64,000 nt of DNA from Holosporales bacterium (GTDB lineage: Bacteria; Pseudomonadota; Alphaproteobacteria; UBA3830; JAIRWN01), in the NCBI GenBank assembly GCA_031268985.1, contig JAIRWN010000030.1, forward strand, positions 20,485-84,484, in the 5' to 3' direction. The notes under the pieces are model-generated. The model was given only the letters and a program-made list of their open reading frames with translations, was not told where the DNA came from and made no database searches. Shown here piece by piece: positions 8,609 to 20,257 of the stretch; the stretch's first letter is position 1, and each line of letters begins with the position of its first letter. Both the position numbers and the translations under genes were made by a program.

Positions 8609-9823
8609 ATGCTGAACAACCTGTTTAACAAACAGCTCGCGATGCTGTTTGTTGGTAATGTTTTCGAGTTCTATAATTTTTCATTGTTCGTAATGTTTGG
8701 CGAACAAATAAGCTCCGCTTTTTTCCCCAATTATTCTGGTTATGTGGGATATGTACTTTTTTCTGTTGGGTTTGCCGCAAGGCCGCTTGGCGGATTGTTG
8801 TTCGGATATATAGGAGATGTTCTTGGACGCAAGACGTCGCTTATTTTTGCAGCAATAACGCTTTCACTGCCTACTGCATTAATCGGATTGTTACCGGGGT
8901 ACAGCTGCCTTGGTACAGCCGCTCCAGTAATTGTTCTGTTGTGCCGGCTTTTGCAAGGGATAAGCATAAATGGCGAGTATATAGCCGCGGCAATCTTAGC
9001 GCTTGAAAAAAAGGAGGTAAGTCAGACGTTTACAAGCTGCGTTCTTACGGCGGCAAACAGCGCCGGCGCCAGCTTAGCGTTAATCGTCAGTTATATTATT
9101 CTTCCATACAAAGAAAGTTGGAGACTTTGGTTTCTGTTTGGTGGAATTGGATCTCTGATTTATTTATGGCGCAGATTTGCCTATATAAAAGAATCTGATG
9201 AATTTGCAAAAAGCAACTCTGCCGGCGAAAATTCTCCTCTGGCAAATTTATTTAAAAGACGTTCAGCTTCGATATTTATTATCATTGGAATCGGGGCTTT
9301 CAGTAATGCCGTATCCTACTCAGTTGTTGTTAATGTTAAAGATTTTGTTTCGGCGAACAACGCTAATTGGGTTAGAGAATCAATAAGATTCATTATGATC
9401 TTTTTGCCGATTTTTACTTATCCGGCACTGGGGATTTTATTTTCAAAGACTAAACCTGAAAACGTGATGATATCAATATCATTGCTTGGATTAATCTTCA
9501 CATATCCGGCGTTTTTTATGCTTTCTAACTCATCAAAGATTATAATTCTGACCGGAGGCCTAATAATTACTATACTAGGTGGCAGCATAAGCGGACCGTC
9601 AAAAGCTGTCTATAAAAAAATGTTCCCCATAGATTGTAGGTGTAGCGGTATTGCTGTTGGCAAAGGAATCAGCAGCTTTTTGTTCGGAGGATTGTCTCCG
9701 TTATTAAATGTTTGGATGATCAAAGCCGCTTCATTTAAGCTAGTCGCCGGCTATATGACTATATGCGCAGCTATTTCTTTAGCCAGTCTTTTAATGGCCA
9801 AAAAGAAATTTACTGGCTTTTAG
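8609..9823 (+). CDS. MFS transporter (ProP-like)
   Basis: About 12 hydrophobic segments. The loop 2-3 motif GDVLGRKTSLIF is typical of MFS. Confidence 0.75.
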   Translation: MLNNLFNKQLAMLFVGNVFEFYNFSLFVMFGEQISSAFFPNYSGYVGYVLFSVGFAARPLGGLLFGYIGDVLGRKTSLIFAAITLSLPTALIGLLPGYSCLGTAAPVIVLLCRLLQGISINGEYIAAAILALEKKEVSQTFTSCVLTAANSAGASLALIVSYIILPYKESWRLWFLFGGIGSLIYLWRRFAYIKESDEFAKSNSAGENSPLANLFKRRSASIFIIIGIGAFSNAVSYSVVVNVKDFVSANNANWVRESIRFIMIFLPIFTYPALGILFSKTKPENVMISISLLGLIFTYPAFFMLSNSSKIIILTGGLIITILGGSISGPSKAVYKKMFPIDCRCSGIAVGKGISSFLFGGLSPLLNVWMIKAASFKLVAGYMTICAAISLASLLMAKKKFTGF

Positions 9824-9847
9824 ATTTCAGCAAAAGCTAAAGAACCC

Positions 9848-11035
9848 TTATTGTTCTTGTTTGCTTCTTTTGTCTATAACGCTGACCACACAACAATCTG
9901 ACCACACATTGAGAGCCGTTTCTATCATATCTATTATCCCGTAAAACGGAAGAATCAGCCACAACAGATCAACAGGAACATCCATGCTTGTCAGCAAGCT
10001 CATACTGAGAAAAAAACATCCCATTGGAACGCCGGCATTACCAATGGCTGCAATGGCAGATATCAGAATCCACTGAAACAAAGTGACAAAACTTATCGCA
10101 ATGCCGTTGTTTTGCATAACATAGATTACAGTTGTAAAAATGAAAGCGGCGCAGCCATTCATATTGATGGCCGTGCATAAAGGAAACACAAACCTGCTGA
10201 TTGACTTAGATACGCGAAGATTTTTTTCTGCAGTATCCATTGTTACAGGCAGGGTGCCAACAGATGATTTTGAAAAAAATGCAACAGACAAAGCCGGGAG
10301 CATTCCCTTAAAAGAAAACCAGGGACGCACTTTGTTTGCTCTTAAAAACGTCGGCAGCACCATTGCGCCCTGAATAGCATTGGCTAAGACAACAACGGCA
10401 AGGTACTCGCCTATGCCTCTTATACTGATACCGCCCTTTATTTGAGTTACCGCCGTAGAAATAAATCCGAACAATGCGACAGGAAGTATCTTTGCGATCC
10501 ATCCGACAATAATAAAAAGCATTTCGTAAATCGTTTTCAGGAAATTGCTCATAGAACGAGATTGCAAATCTGGCATATACCTAGTCGCAATTCCTGCAAT
10601 ACCCCCAAACAATAGCGCCCCCATAACATTATGTTCAAGAAAAGGGGATAATATATTTGACGGGATTATGCCGAGCACATAATCGGAGTATTTGCTTGTT
10701 GTTAAATTAATATCTTTAACGGCAGTGACAGCTCTTGCCAGAGTTGTGTTTGACGGTGAAATCAGCAAGTACAATAAACAAGCGACAGTTGAAGCGGCCA
10801 CGGTCGTTCCGAGCGTGTAGAAAAGCGCCTGTTTGCCCAGCCCTTCCGATTTGGCGGATTCATGTTTAGATAGAGAAACCGCCAAAGAAATCGCGATCAT
10901 TGGTAGGCTTATACATTTAAACATCTTAACAAACGCATTCGATATAAAAATTGACAGCGGCTGAGCGAAATCAAAATATCCGCATAGACACCCCAACCCG
11001 ATCGCGATTAAGTACAATATTTTTGTTTGTTTCAT
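9848..11035 (-). CDS. Dicarboxylate/amino acid:cation symporter (GltP/DctA family)
   Basis: SSVGTLPVTMDTAEKNL and CTAINMNGCAAF match conserved DAACS segments. The ATG at 11035 is preferred over the TTG at 11062 used in the ORF track. Confidence 0.85.
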   Translation of the reverse strand: MKQTKILYLIAIGLGCLCGYFDFAQPLSIFISNAFVKMFKCISLPMIAISLAVSLSKHESAKSEGLGKQALFYTLGTTVAASTVACLLYLLISPSNTTLARAVTAVKDINLTTSKYSDYVLGIIPSNILSPFLEHNVMGALLFGGIAGIATRYMPDLQSRSMSNFLKTIYEMLFIIVGWIAKILPVALFGFISTAVTQIKGGISIRGIGEYLAVVVLANAIQGAMVLPTFLRANKVRPWFSFKGMLPALSVAFFSKSSVGTLPVTMDTAEKNLRVSKSISRFVFPLCTAINMNGCAAFIFTTVIYVMQNNGIAISFVTLFQWILISAIAAIGNAGVPMGCFFLSMSLLTSMDVPVDLLWLILPFYGIIDMIETALNVWSDCCVVSVIDKRSKQEQ

Positions 11036-11174
11036 AAAAAAATCCCGACACCAGGCAAACAAAGCCGTTCAATGGTTGACAGCATACCATTAAATTTAAT
11101 CTCAATGTATCCGAAAAAGCTTGCTCTTACGAGGGATAAAAGCTAAGCTGCAAACAGGATTTGTTAGTGCGAAT

Positions 11175-11260
11175 GCCCGTGTGGTGGAATGGTAGACACT
11201 ACAGACTTAAAATCTGTTGTTGGCAACGACGTGGGGGTTCGAGTCCCTCCACGGGCACCA
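11175..11260 (+). tRNA. tRNA-Leu (anticodon UAA), long variable arm, CCA encoded
   Basis: Hand-folded cloverleaf: acceptor GCCCGTG/CACGGGC, anticodon stem ACAGA/TCTGT with loop CTTAAAA, T-loop GGTTCGAGTCC. Confidence 0.9.
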
Positions 11261-11292
11261 CTTGCGCCTGTGTATTTTTTGAAATTCCATAA

Positions 11293-13731
<2,439 letters not shown>

Positions 13732-13781
13732 TTTTGCCTTCAAAAACTAACTGCTTCGCGCTATAAGTAAGGATACGGCTT

Positions 13782-15056
13782 ATGAAATACCTAAAGTATT
13801 TAATTTTGGCGATTTTTGTTGCCTACACCGCCTTAGTTCCCGGCAAGGTTTCTGTCGATTGGCTTGGTCGACATGTTGAAGTATCAGTTGCGATTGCTTC
13901 AGCTTGTCTTGCTTCATTGGTTATAATTTATTGGGTGATAAAGGGAGTCATAATCCGATTGTTTGGTTTTGTGCGCAACTTATATGCGGCGAATAAGACA
14001 GAAAAAGTCTTGAATACGATTACGAACACGTTGATCGCCATAATAAGAAAAGATTACAAAGAGGGGGAAAAACAGATTCTGCGTTTTCGTAAATTAATGA
14101 AAGTCGGACATCCTATACTCACTTGGATTGAGGGGTGCTACAGAGCCCTTGTTGAGGATAATGAAAATGCAAATCTGCTTTTTTTTGGCTTAAGTAATGA
14201 CAGCAAGTATGGTTTCTTGGGAACTTATTCTCAATACGAACTTCGTATAAAAAAATCTCAGAATGCCGCAGCCTTCAAGATCGCCCAAAACTATATAGAT
14301 AAAAACCCGAGAGATTTTTTCTTCTTGGAACAAGCCAGAGTTTTGGCAATAAAAGAAAAGCAATACGACTTGGCTCTAAGCTATCAGGAAAGGTTGCCAA
14401 GTCGCGTTGTAAACCAAGCGGACGAGGCGGTGATTCATTACCTTTTGTCCGGCTCAAACGAGAATAAAATCACAAACTTGGAACATGCTTGCAAGCTGGA
14501 CTGCAGTCTGGTTCCGGCTGCGCTTGAGTACGCAAAATGTTTGGTCGAGGCCGATCTTGTAAAAAAGGCTGAAAAATATCTATGGAAATGTTGGGAAAAA
14601 AGTGGGCACTATAGATGCGTTCTTGACATATTTGATATCCTTAAGGCCGGCGAAAAAGAAAAGTTGGAAATTGCAAGACGAGCTCTGGAACTGATTCCTG
14701 ACAGATGGGACAGTTATTATGTCGCGGGGATAGCTTATTTTGGCGCACAGTCGTTTGTAACAGCCAAAGAGTATTTTAATGAGGCCGGACAAGTTCTTCT
14801 TACTAAGGAAATCCACGATTATGCAAAATTAATCAAGGAATGTAACGATAATTCAAATAATAGCCAATCTAACGACAGCTCAATCAATAACCGGTCGTTT
14901 GAGGAGCCCTATTGGATTTGTTCCAAATGCTTTATGCGATCAAAAAAATGGGTTCCTATTTGTCCAAAATGCGAGTCTTTCAATCGGTTGCGCTGGTTCA
15001 GTGAAGTTTCTGTTCCCGCGCCGCATGCCAAACTTACAGCCGCAACCTGCATTTGA
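13782..15056 (+). CDS. HemY-N-domain/TPR inner-membrane protein with C-terminal zinc ribbon
   Basis: N-terminal TM plus PGKVSVDWLGRHVEVSV (HemY_N-like), a TPR-like middle, and a C-terminal WICSKCFMRSKKWVPICPKCESFNRLRW (CxxC...CxxC). Confidence 0.6.
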   Translation: MKYLKYLILAIFVAYTALVPGKVSVDWLGRHVEVSVAIASACLASLVIIYWVIKGVIIRLFGFVRNLYAANKTEKVLNTITNTLIAIIRKDYKEGEKQILRFRKLMKVGHPILTWIEGCYRALVEDNENANLLFFGLSNDSKYGFLGTYSQYELRIKKSQNAAAFKIAQNYIDKNPRDFFFLEQARVLAIKEKQYDLALSYQERLPSRVVNQADEAVIHYLLSGSNENKITNLEHACKLDCSLVPAALEYAKCLVEADLVKKAEKYLWKCWEKSGHYRCVLDIFDILKAGEKEKLEIARRALELIPDRWDSYYVAGIAYFGAQSFVTAKEYFNEAGQVLLTKEIHDYAKLIKECNDNSNNSQSNDSSINNRSFEEPYWICSKCFMRSKKWVPICPKCESFNRLRWFSEVSVPAPHAKLTAATCI

Positions 15057-15480
15057 GCGCCTAATAGGCTATTTGCAAACGTTTTTAGATACGATAAGAG
15101 GGGTTGAGATATTAAAGGACTTAACATGCAGGGCATATAGTGCAATTAAGTCAATTGGGCGGGGCTTGCTCACGGAATTGCAATCCGAGGGCCTGCGCAT
15201 GTGGGTAATATTCTCGCATTCTTGCTGAACGCAGTTCTTGAGATGTTCTGAGATATAAAGCGCAGAGATTACAGAAGTAACAGTTACAGGGGATTGATTC
15301 CGGCTGGAAATCTTGTTTAGCGTTATGGCTGCTGTGTTTGCGCCTGATCGGACAATAAATTAACTAAAAAACAACTTTTGAAATTTGGCCAAGCGATACA
15401 AAAAATTGCCATATTTTATTTATTGACTTCTTCGACTAAAGTAATTATTTGTCATAGAGTGAATATAATCGTTGTTTTGG

Positions 15481-15723
15481 ATGCAACAGGATTTTACTGT
15501 AGATCTAGAGACTCGTTTCGAGCGCTTAACCAGCTATGCGAGAACTAATCTTGGACTTAAGGTTGATTCTGAATATATACCTGAAACAGTTCGTAGATTA
15601 GAGCAAATTAGTGGTGGGCTTGCGATGCGTTCTGAACCTGAATTAATTGATAGATTTGAGTTAAGGCAGGACGAAATGCGCAGAGCATTTTATAAAAACG
15701 TGAACGGCGTTGACCGTCAGTAG
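15481..15723 (+). CDS. Small hypothetical protein (80 aa) in an otherwise non-coding spacer
   Basis: ATG ORF preceded by a perfect TATAAT (15464-15469) and followed by a strong intrinsic terminator. There is no Shine-Dalgarno sequence and no recognisable family. Confidence 0.3.
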   Translation: MQQDFTVDLETRFERLTSYARTNLGLKVDSEYIPETVRRLEQISGGLAMRSEPELIDRFELRQDEMRRAFYKNVNGVDRQ

Positions 15724-15751
15724 AGATTAAGATAACATAAACAATACTAAG

Positions 15752-15792
15752 CACGGGCAAGTACGATTGAGCGCTTGCTCGTGTGTTTTTTT
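15752..15792 (+). terminator. Rho-independent terminator
   Basis: 10-bp stem CACGGGCAAG/CTTGCTCGTG (one G-U pair) with a 12-nt loop, followed by TGTTTTTTT. Confidence 0.55.
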
Positions 15793-16152
15793 GATTGCTA
15801 AAACTTGTATAACGGCGCGCCATCATAAAGCTCGAGCCTTGTGTCTTGACTGTTAACAATAGCGGCATTGTAACGCCTCCTTCTAAGATTAGTTTATGTT
15901 CATCAAGATCCCCGACGTTCATTTGCCCGGCTCTACCTTGCTTCTTGCATGTTTGAAATTTATATTACTGACAATAATTATTAACTACTACAATTGGCGA
16001 CTAAATACAGAAAAAAATCAACAAAGTGCTCTTAGTTTTATTCCAACTATGTTGAGTCACTTTTTCATATAACGTGGGATAGGGGTGGAGGAAATCGCAT
16101 TAATCACAGAATAGCGCTTTAGACCGAGTCCGCCTCAATGCCACCTTTCTCT

Positions 16153-16227
16153 TGGTGGATGCTACAGGACTCGAACCTGTGACCCCTACCGTGTGAAGGT
16201 AGTGCTCTACCGCTGAGCTAAGCATCC
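16153..16227 (-). tRNA. tRNA-Val (anticodon CAC), CCA encoded
   Basis: The reverse complement folds as GGATGCT/AGCATCC acceptor, CTACC-TTCACAC-GGTAG anticodon arm, and ACAGG-TTCGAGT-CCTGT T-arm. Confidence 0.85.
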
Positions 16228-17001
16228 TTTGTTGTTTTGTGCTACGGACAATTCATCTCTATTTCTACAATCTTTGATTAAGGCTTGCAACAGCATAGCC
16301 CGCGCTTTAGGCGCAGTCTTCGAATACACGTTAAATACTTTTTGTAGGAAGAAATCTGTTAAATTCAGCCCATCAAACACTTCTTGCCACTTGATATTTT
16401 TATCATCGTGCGGATTGGTAAGAAAAGCGGGTAGCGCGAGCAGCCTGTTCCTATACTGCTCCCCTACGCGTTGACATACGGCACGTCCTGTTTTAGGTGA
16501 AACATAGCTTAAATCGCTGTTCGTACCGGTTACTGCGCATTTTTCAATATCAAGCCCATATCCAAGATGTTTCAGTAACCCGAGCTCAAACCTAATATAC
16601 TCTGGAACCCAATTTGGACGCATTATATTACATAAAAACATCCTCAGCCCTTCATAAACGCTCTTGAGTACTTGCCTTTCCGGACATAGGCTTAGACACA
16701 TATCGCAAGTCGATTTAATTGCTAAAAGCCTTTGCTTACTGCTCCAGGCGAATATAAATGGCTGCAGCTTGGTTTCGATTACCATGTTACCTAAATTATC
16801 TGACACGCGGGATCGCCATTGGCACCGGGCAATATCTCCGCATTCGAAAACGGTAAATGCCGCCTTCGCGGATTGTCTCCTGTAGGATCCTTTAACAAAA
16901 CCAGCCCATTTTCCGTGATTTTCTGACATTACCGTAAGGACGAAGCTTGATTCGCCATAGGGGATTTTTGATAAAATTATTACGTCGTCAATCCAGTCCA
17001 A
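16207..17001 (-). CDS. recO: DNA repair protein RecO
   Basis: The N-terminal OB-fold region (DDVIILSKIPYGESSFVLTVMSENHGKWAGFVKG) is typical of RecO. The 3' end runs 21 nt into tRNA-Val. Confidence 0.8.
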   Translation of the reverse strand: MDWIDDVIILSKIPYGESSFVLTVMSENHGKWAGFVKGSYRRQSAKAAFTVFECGDIARCQWRSRVSDNLGNMVIETKLQPFIFAWSSKQRLLAIKSTCDMCLSLCPERQVLKSVYEGLRMFLCNIMRPNWVPEYIRFELGLLKHLGYGLDIEKCAVTGTNSDLSYVSPKTGRAVCQRVGEQYRNRLLALPAFLTNPHDDKNIKWQEVFDGLNLTDFFLQKVFNVYSKTAPKARAMLLQALIKDCRNRDELSVAQNNKGCLAQR

Positions 17002-17100
17002 GTCTTTGCCTTAATTTAAAAAAATCCAAAGAACGTATCACTCTTGCGGACACGGTCATGATATACAATAACTGATCGAGTATTTTTATACGGTATAAAA

Positions 17101-19005
17101 ATGTCCAAAAAGCACAAAAAATCCCGTGCATGCAAAAGCGCATTTAAGAAACGACAATCCAAGTTTAAATTGGCATTTGCGACATTTCTTACCGGCATAT
17201 CAGCGTTATTCTTATTATCAGCGTGGTATTTATATGACCTTCCCAGTATAAATAACCTTGCTCCACCCACAAGAGCGCCTTGCGTTATAATAAGGGCGGA
17301 AGATGGAACTCTTCTTGCAACTTATGGGGATGTTTTTCGTAAATCTGTAAAAGTTCAGGCGCTTCCATCATACGTGCCGCAGGCCATCATATCAATTGAA
17401 GACAAGCGTTTTTTTGACCATCACGGAGTCGATATTTTTGGGCTTTTGCGTGCTGCTTGGGCGAATACGCGCGCGCGCAAGTACATTCAAGGCGGCTCAA
17501 CAATTACACAACAATTGGCAAAAAACGCTTTCCTTTCGCCTGAACGATCTGTGAGGCGTAAAATTCAAGAGGCTGTATTGGCTATTTGGTTGGAAAGACG
17601 CTTTTCAAAGGTTCAAATACTAACAATGTATCTGAATCGAGTTTATTTTGGCTCAGGCACCTATGGCATTGACGCTGCGGCGTGGAAATTTTTTCAAAAA
17701 CCAGCAAAATTGCTGACTCTTTATGAAGCCGCAAAATTGGCCGCTGTTCTTAAAAGCCCCGCAAAGTATTCGCCTTTTAATAATCCTGATCAAGCAGATG
17801 TGCGTGCAATAAAGGTTTTGGTCAGCATGATTCAAGCCGGATATATCACTCAAAAGCAAGCCGAGCTTGCAATAAATAAACATCGAGAGACTTTGCGTCC
17901 CAGCGCTCATGGAGGGGAGGGGTATCGTTGCTTTACCGATTGGGTACTGGATTTAATTCCTCAGTTTATTCCGTCAACAAATGATGATCTTGTTGTAACG
18001 ACAACGCTCAATTACAAGATGCAAACACATGCAGAGGCTGTTATTACTCGGCATATCAACGACCGGATTAATAAAAACAAAGCAATTCCACCGCAGGTTG
18101 CGCTTGTGTGCGTTGATGGTTGCGGCGCCGTAAAGGCTATGTTGGGCGGTTTTTCTTATAAAATGTCCCAATTTAATCGCGCGACGGCAGGTCGCCAGAG
18201 CGGATCTGCATTTAAATTCTTTGTGTTTCTTTCTGCACTTGAACAGGGTATGCGCCCAAACGACTTGATCAGCGATCTTCCAATACAAATAAGGTCTTGG
18301 TCGCCAAAAAATTACGGTTGGGTCAGCAAGGGCAATATAACGCTTAATGACGCTTTTACCTTTTCAGTTAACACTGTTGCCGTGAGATTGGCTCAAAGAC
18401 TTGGATGTAAGTCAATCGTCGATGTTGCGCGAGCTTTGGGGGTAAAAGGATATTTGCCTATGGATTTGACAATATCATTAGGCAGCGGAAATACTTCGTT
18501 ATTTGAACTGGTTGACGCATATAACATCATTAATACTCGAGGAGTAAAAGCGCCAATTTATGCTATATCCAGCATAAAAACAACAAGCGGTAAAATACTC
18601 TATAAAAAGCCAATCCAAGCAAATGAAAAGTTTTTTTCTGACCGGGTTATATCTGATATGCGCAAAATGTTAACAAATGTAGTCATGCGCGGAACAGGTA
18701 AAGGAAGCCGGCTTCCCGTGCCATCCTATGGCAAAACCGGGACCAGCAGTAAAGGAAGAGACGCATGTTTTGTCGGCGGCGCACATTCATTTACTGCAGG
18801 CGTTTGGATGGGATATGACGATATGAGTTCAACTAAAAATCTTGGCGGCGCTTCGCCAGCGGTTGTGTGGAAGGATTTTATGGCCGCTTGCATCGGATTG
18901 CGACCGTACTTAACGACCGCTGACATTCCGGCGCTGAATCTTGATGCGCAGAACCTCAAAAACCCGACCAATATAAACGATGTGCTTAATTCACTGGATA
19001 GATAG
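17101..19005 (+). CDS. mrcA: Penicillin-binding protein 1A family (GT51 transglycosylase plus transpeptidase)
   Basis: EDKRFFDHHGVD and GGSTITQQLAKN (GT51). SGSAFKFFVF (SxxK), SVN, and KTGTS (transpeptidase). Confidence 0.9.
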   Translation: MSKKHKKSRACKSAFKKRQSKFKLAFATFLTGISALFLLSAWYLYDLPSINNLAPPTRAPCVIIRAEDGTLLATYGDVFRKSVKVQALPSYVPQAIISIEDKRFFDHHGVDIFGLLRAAWANTRARKYIQGGSTITQQLAKNAFLSPERSVRRKIQEAVLAIWLERRFSKVQILTMYLNRVYFGSGTYGIDAAAWKFFQKPAKLLTLYEAAKLAAVLKSPAKYSPFNNPDQADVRAIKVLVSMIQAGYITQKQAELAINKHRETLRPSAHGGEGYRCFTDWVLDLIPQFIPSTNDDLVVTTTLNYKMQTHAEAVITRHINDRINKNKAIPPQVALVCVDGCGAVKAMLGGFSYKMSQFNRATAGRQSGSAFKFFVFLSALEQGMRPNDLISDLPIQIRSWSPKNYGWVSKGNITLNDAFTFSVNTVAVRLAQRLGCKSIVDVARALGVKGYLPMDLTISLGSGNTSLFELVDAYNIINTRGVKAPIYAISSIKTTSGKILYKKPIQANEKFFSDRVISDMRKMLTNVVMRGTGKGSRLPVPSYGKTGTSSKGRDACFVGGAHSFTAGVWMGYDDMSSTKNLGGASPAVVWKDFMAACIGLRPYLTTADIPALNLDAQNLKNPTNINDVLNSLDR

Positions 19006-19192
19006 TCGGCTATTAATAGTTGGTTAGATGGAAAATATTTGAGGGTCCAGTCGGCCGGGCTCTCTACTGATCATCTTGTTTGAAAGTATAAAGCACGTTC
19101 GACAAGGCTTTCGGCCGCGTAACAATGTTGAATGCCTTGTTCGATCTTCCGTGTAATATATTCAATAACTGCACGAAGCGCATAAATAGGCT

Positions 19193-20030
19193 TCATTGAT
19201 TATTTTTTCTTGAGCACCTAGCAATTTTCGAATTGCCAGCTTTTTCTCGTTTAGGCCAAAGTTGTTCGTGCGAGGAACATTCGGCCGGCGGAGGATCCAT
19301 TAATAAAGGATTTGCTTCCACCAGATCCCCGAGTCCAGGAACAATGCAATTCAGGAAAAACTCGAAAAATTCTTCCAATGCTGCCGTTTCTGGGAACAGC
19401 GATTCAGCAACATCTATATCCGAACCGTCTGAAAGTAGTTGAAGCGATTCAGCAGTAACCTTCACTATATTAGGATAAATTTTTGGACGATCTCCCTGTT
19501 TATAAGGAAGGAAAAAGCCTTTGCCCATTTTTTTCCTAATGGAAAACCTTCAAGGCGCATCAGATCCGAAGCATCAAGATCACATACAGAGAACGTTCTA
19601 AGAACAAGACGTCCTTTGGGTTTCAGAACCGCTAACGCCTCAGTTGCTGCGCGCAGATCCGATGTAACTTTACGAGGGAGATATTCAAAAACCACAACAT
19701 CAAACATGTTTTGGTCAAACATAGTAGATAGCTCGAAAACATCACAACACGCGTCTGGATAGCCTGATCCTATTTCGATCCCTGATCATTGGCGTACCTC
19801 ATCTTCAAGTTCAGACGAATCTTTCAATATGCGCCTACATCTTTGAAATTCTCCCCATTCTCAGCAAGAAAACGAGACGGAGGTAATACATCTCCTCTTT
19901 TTGCCAGCGGAGGACGAGCGGAGTAGCTCAACTTTATTTTATATTCTATTGGTAGAATATGCGCTGCAGTCTCTTGTCGTGCAGAGGCGGCCAAATTAAC
20001 AGAGGCGCACAAAACCGTGCTATCATACAA
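19193..20030 (-). pseudogene. Degraded class I SAM-dependent methyltransferase
   Basis: Motif I-like GIEIGSGYP and FDVVVFEYL...LKPKGRLVL are split over at least three reading frames, with an in-frame stop just before motif I. Confidence 0.5.
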
Positions 20031-20257
20031 AACTTGATAGCGCGATTTTTCATCAGAACCTTCTTAAGATCCGTCCATAATTGGAGAAGAAAATAAATTA
20101 TATAACATAACTTTTATTAAAGTCAAATAAAAATATAGTGGATAAGAAAGGTTGTTGGCAGCGTTAGGAAGTCTTATAGCTCAAACCTCGCTACATTAAC
20201 CTTGGAAGGAGATAACTTAACAATGGAGGCGTGAGATTAAATCGTAAAGGTGGTTGC

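Noticed and set aside
15608-15922. Minus-strand ORF with a strong AGGAGG-N7-ATG internal start
   Set aside because: The peptide has no recognisable features. It runs through the intrinsic-terminator hairpin and overlaps the oppositely oriented small ORF. It is kept only as a note under the orphan-spacer finding, not as a feature.
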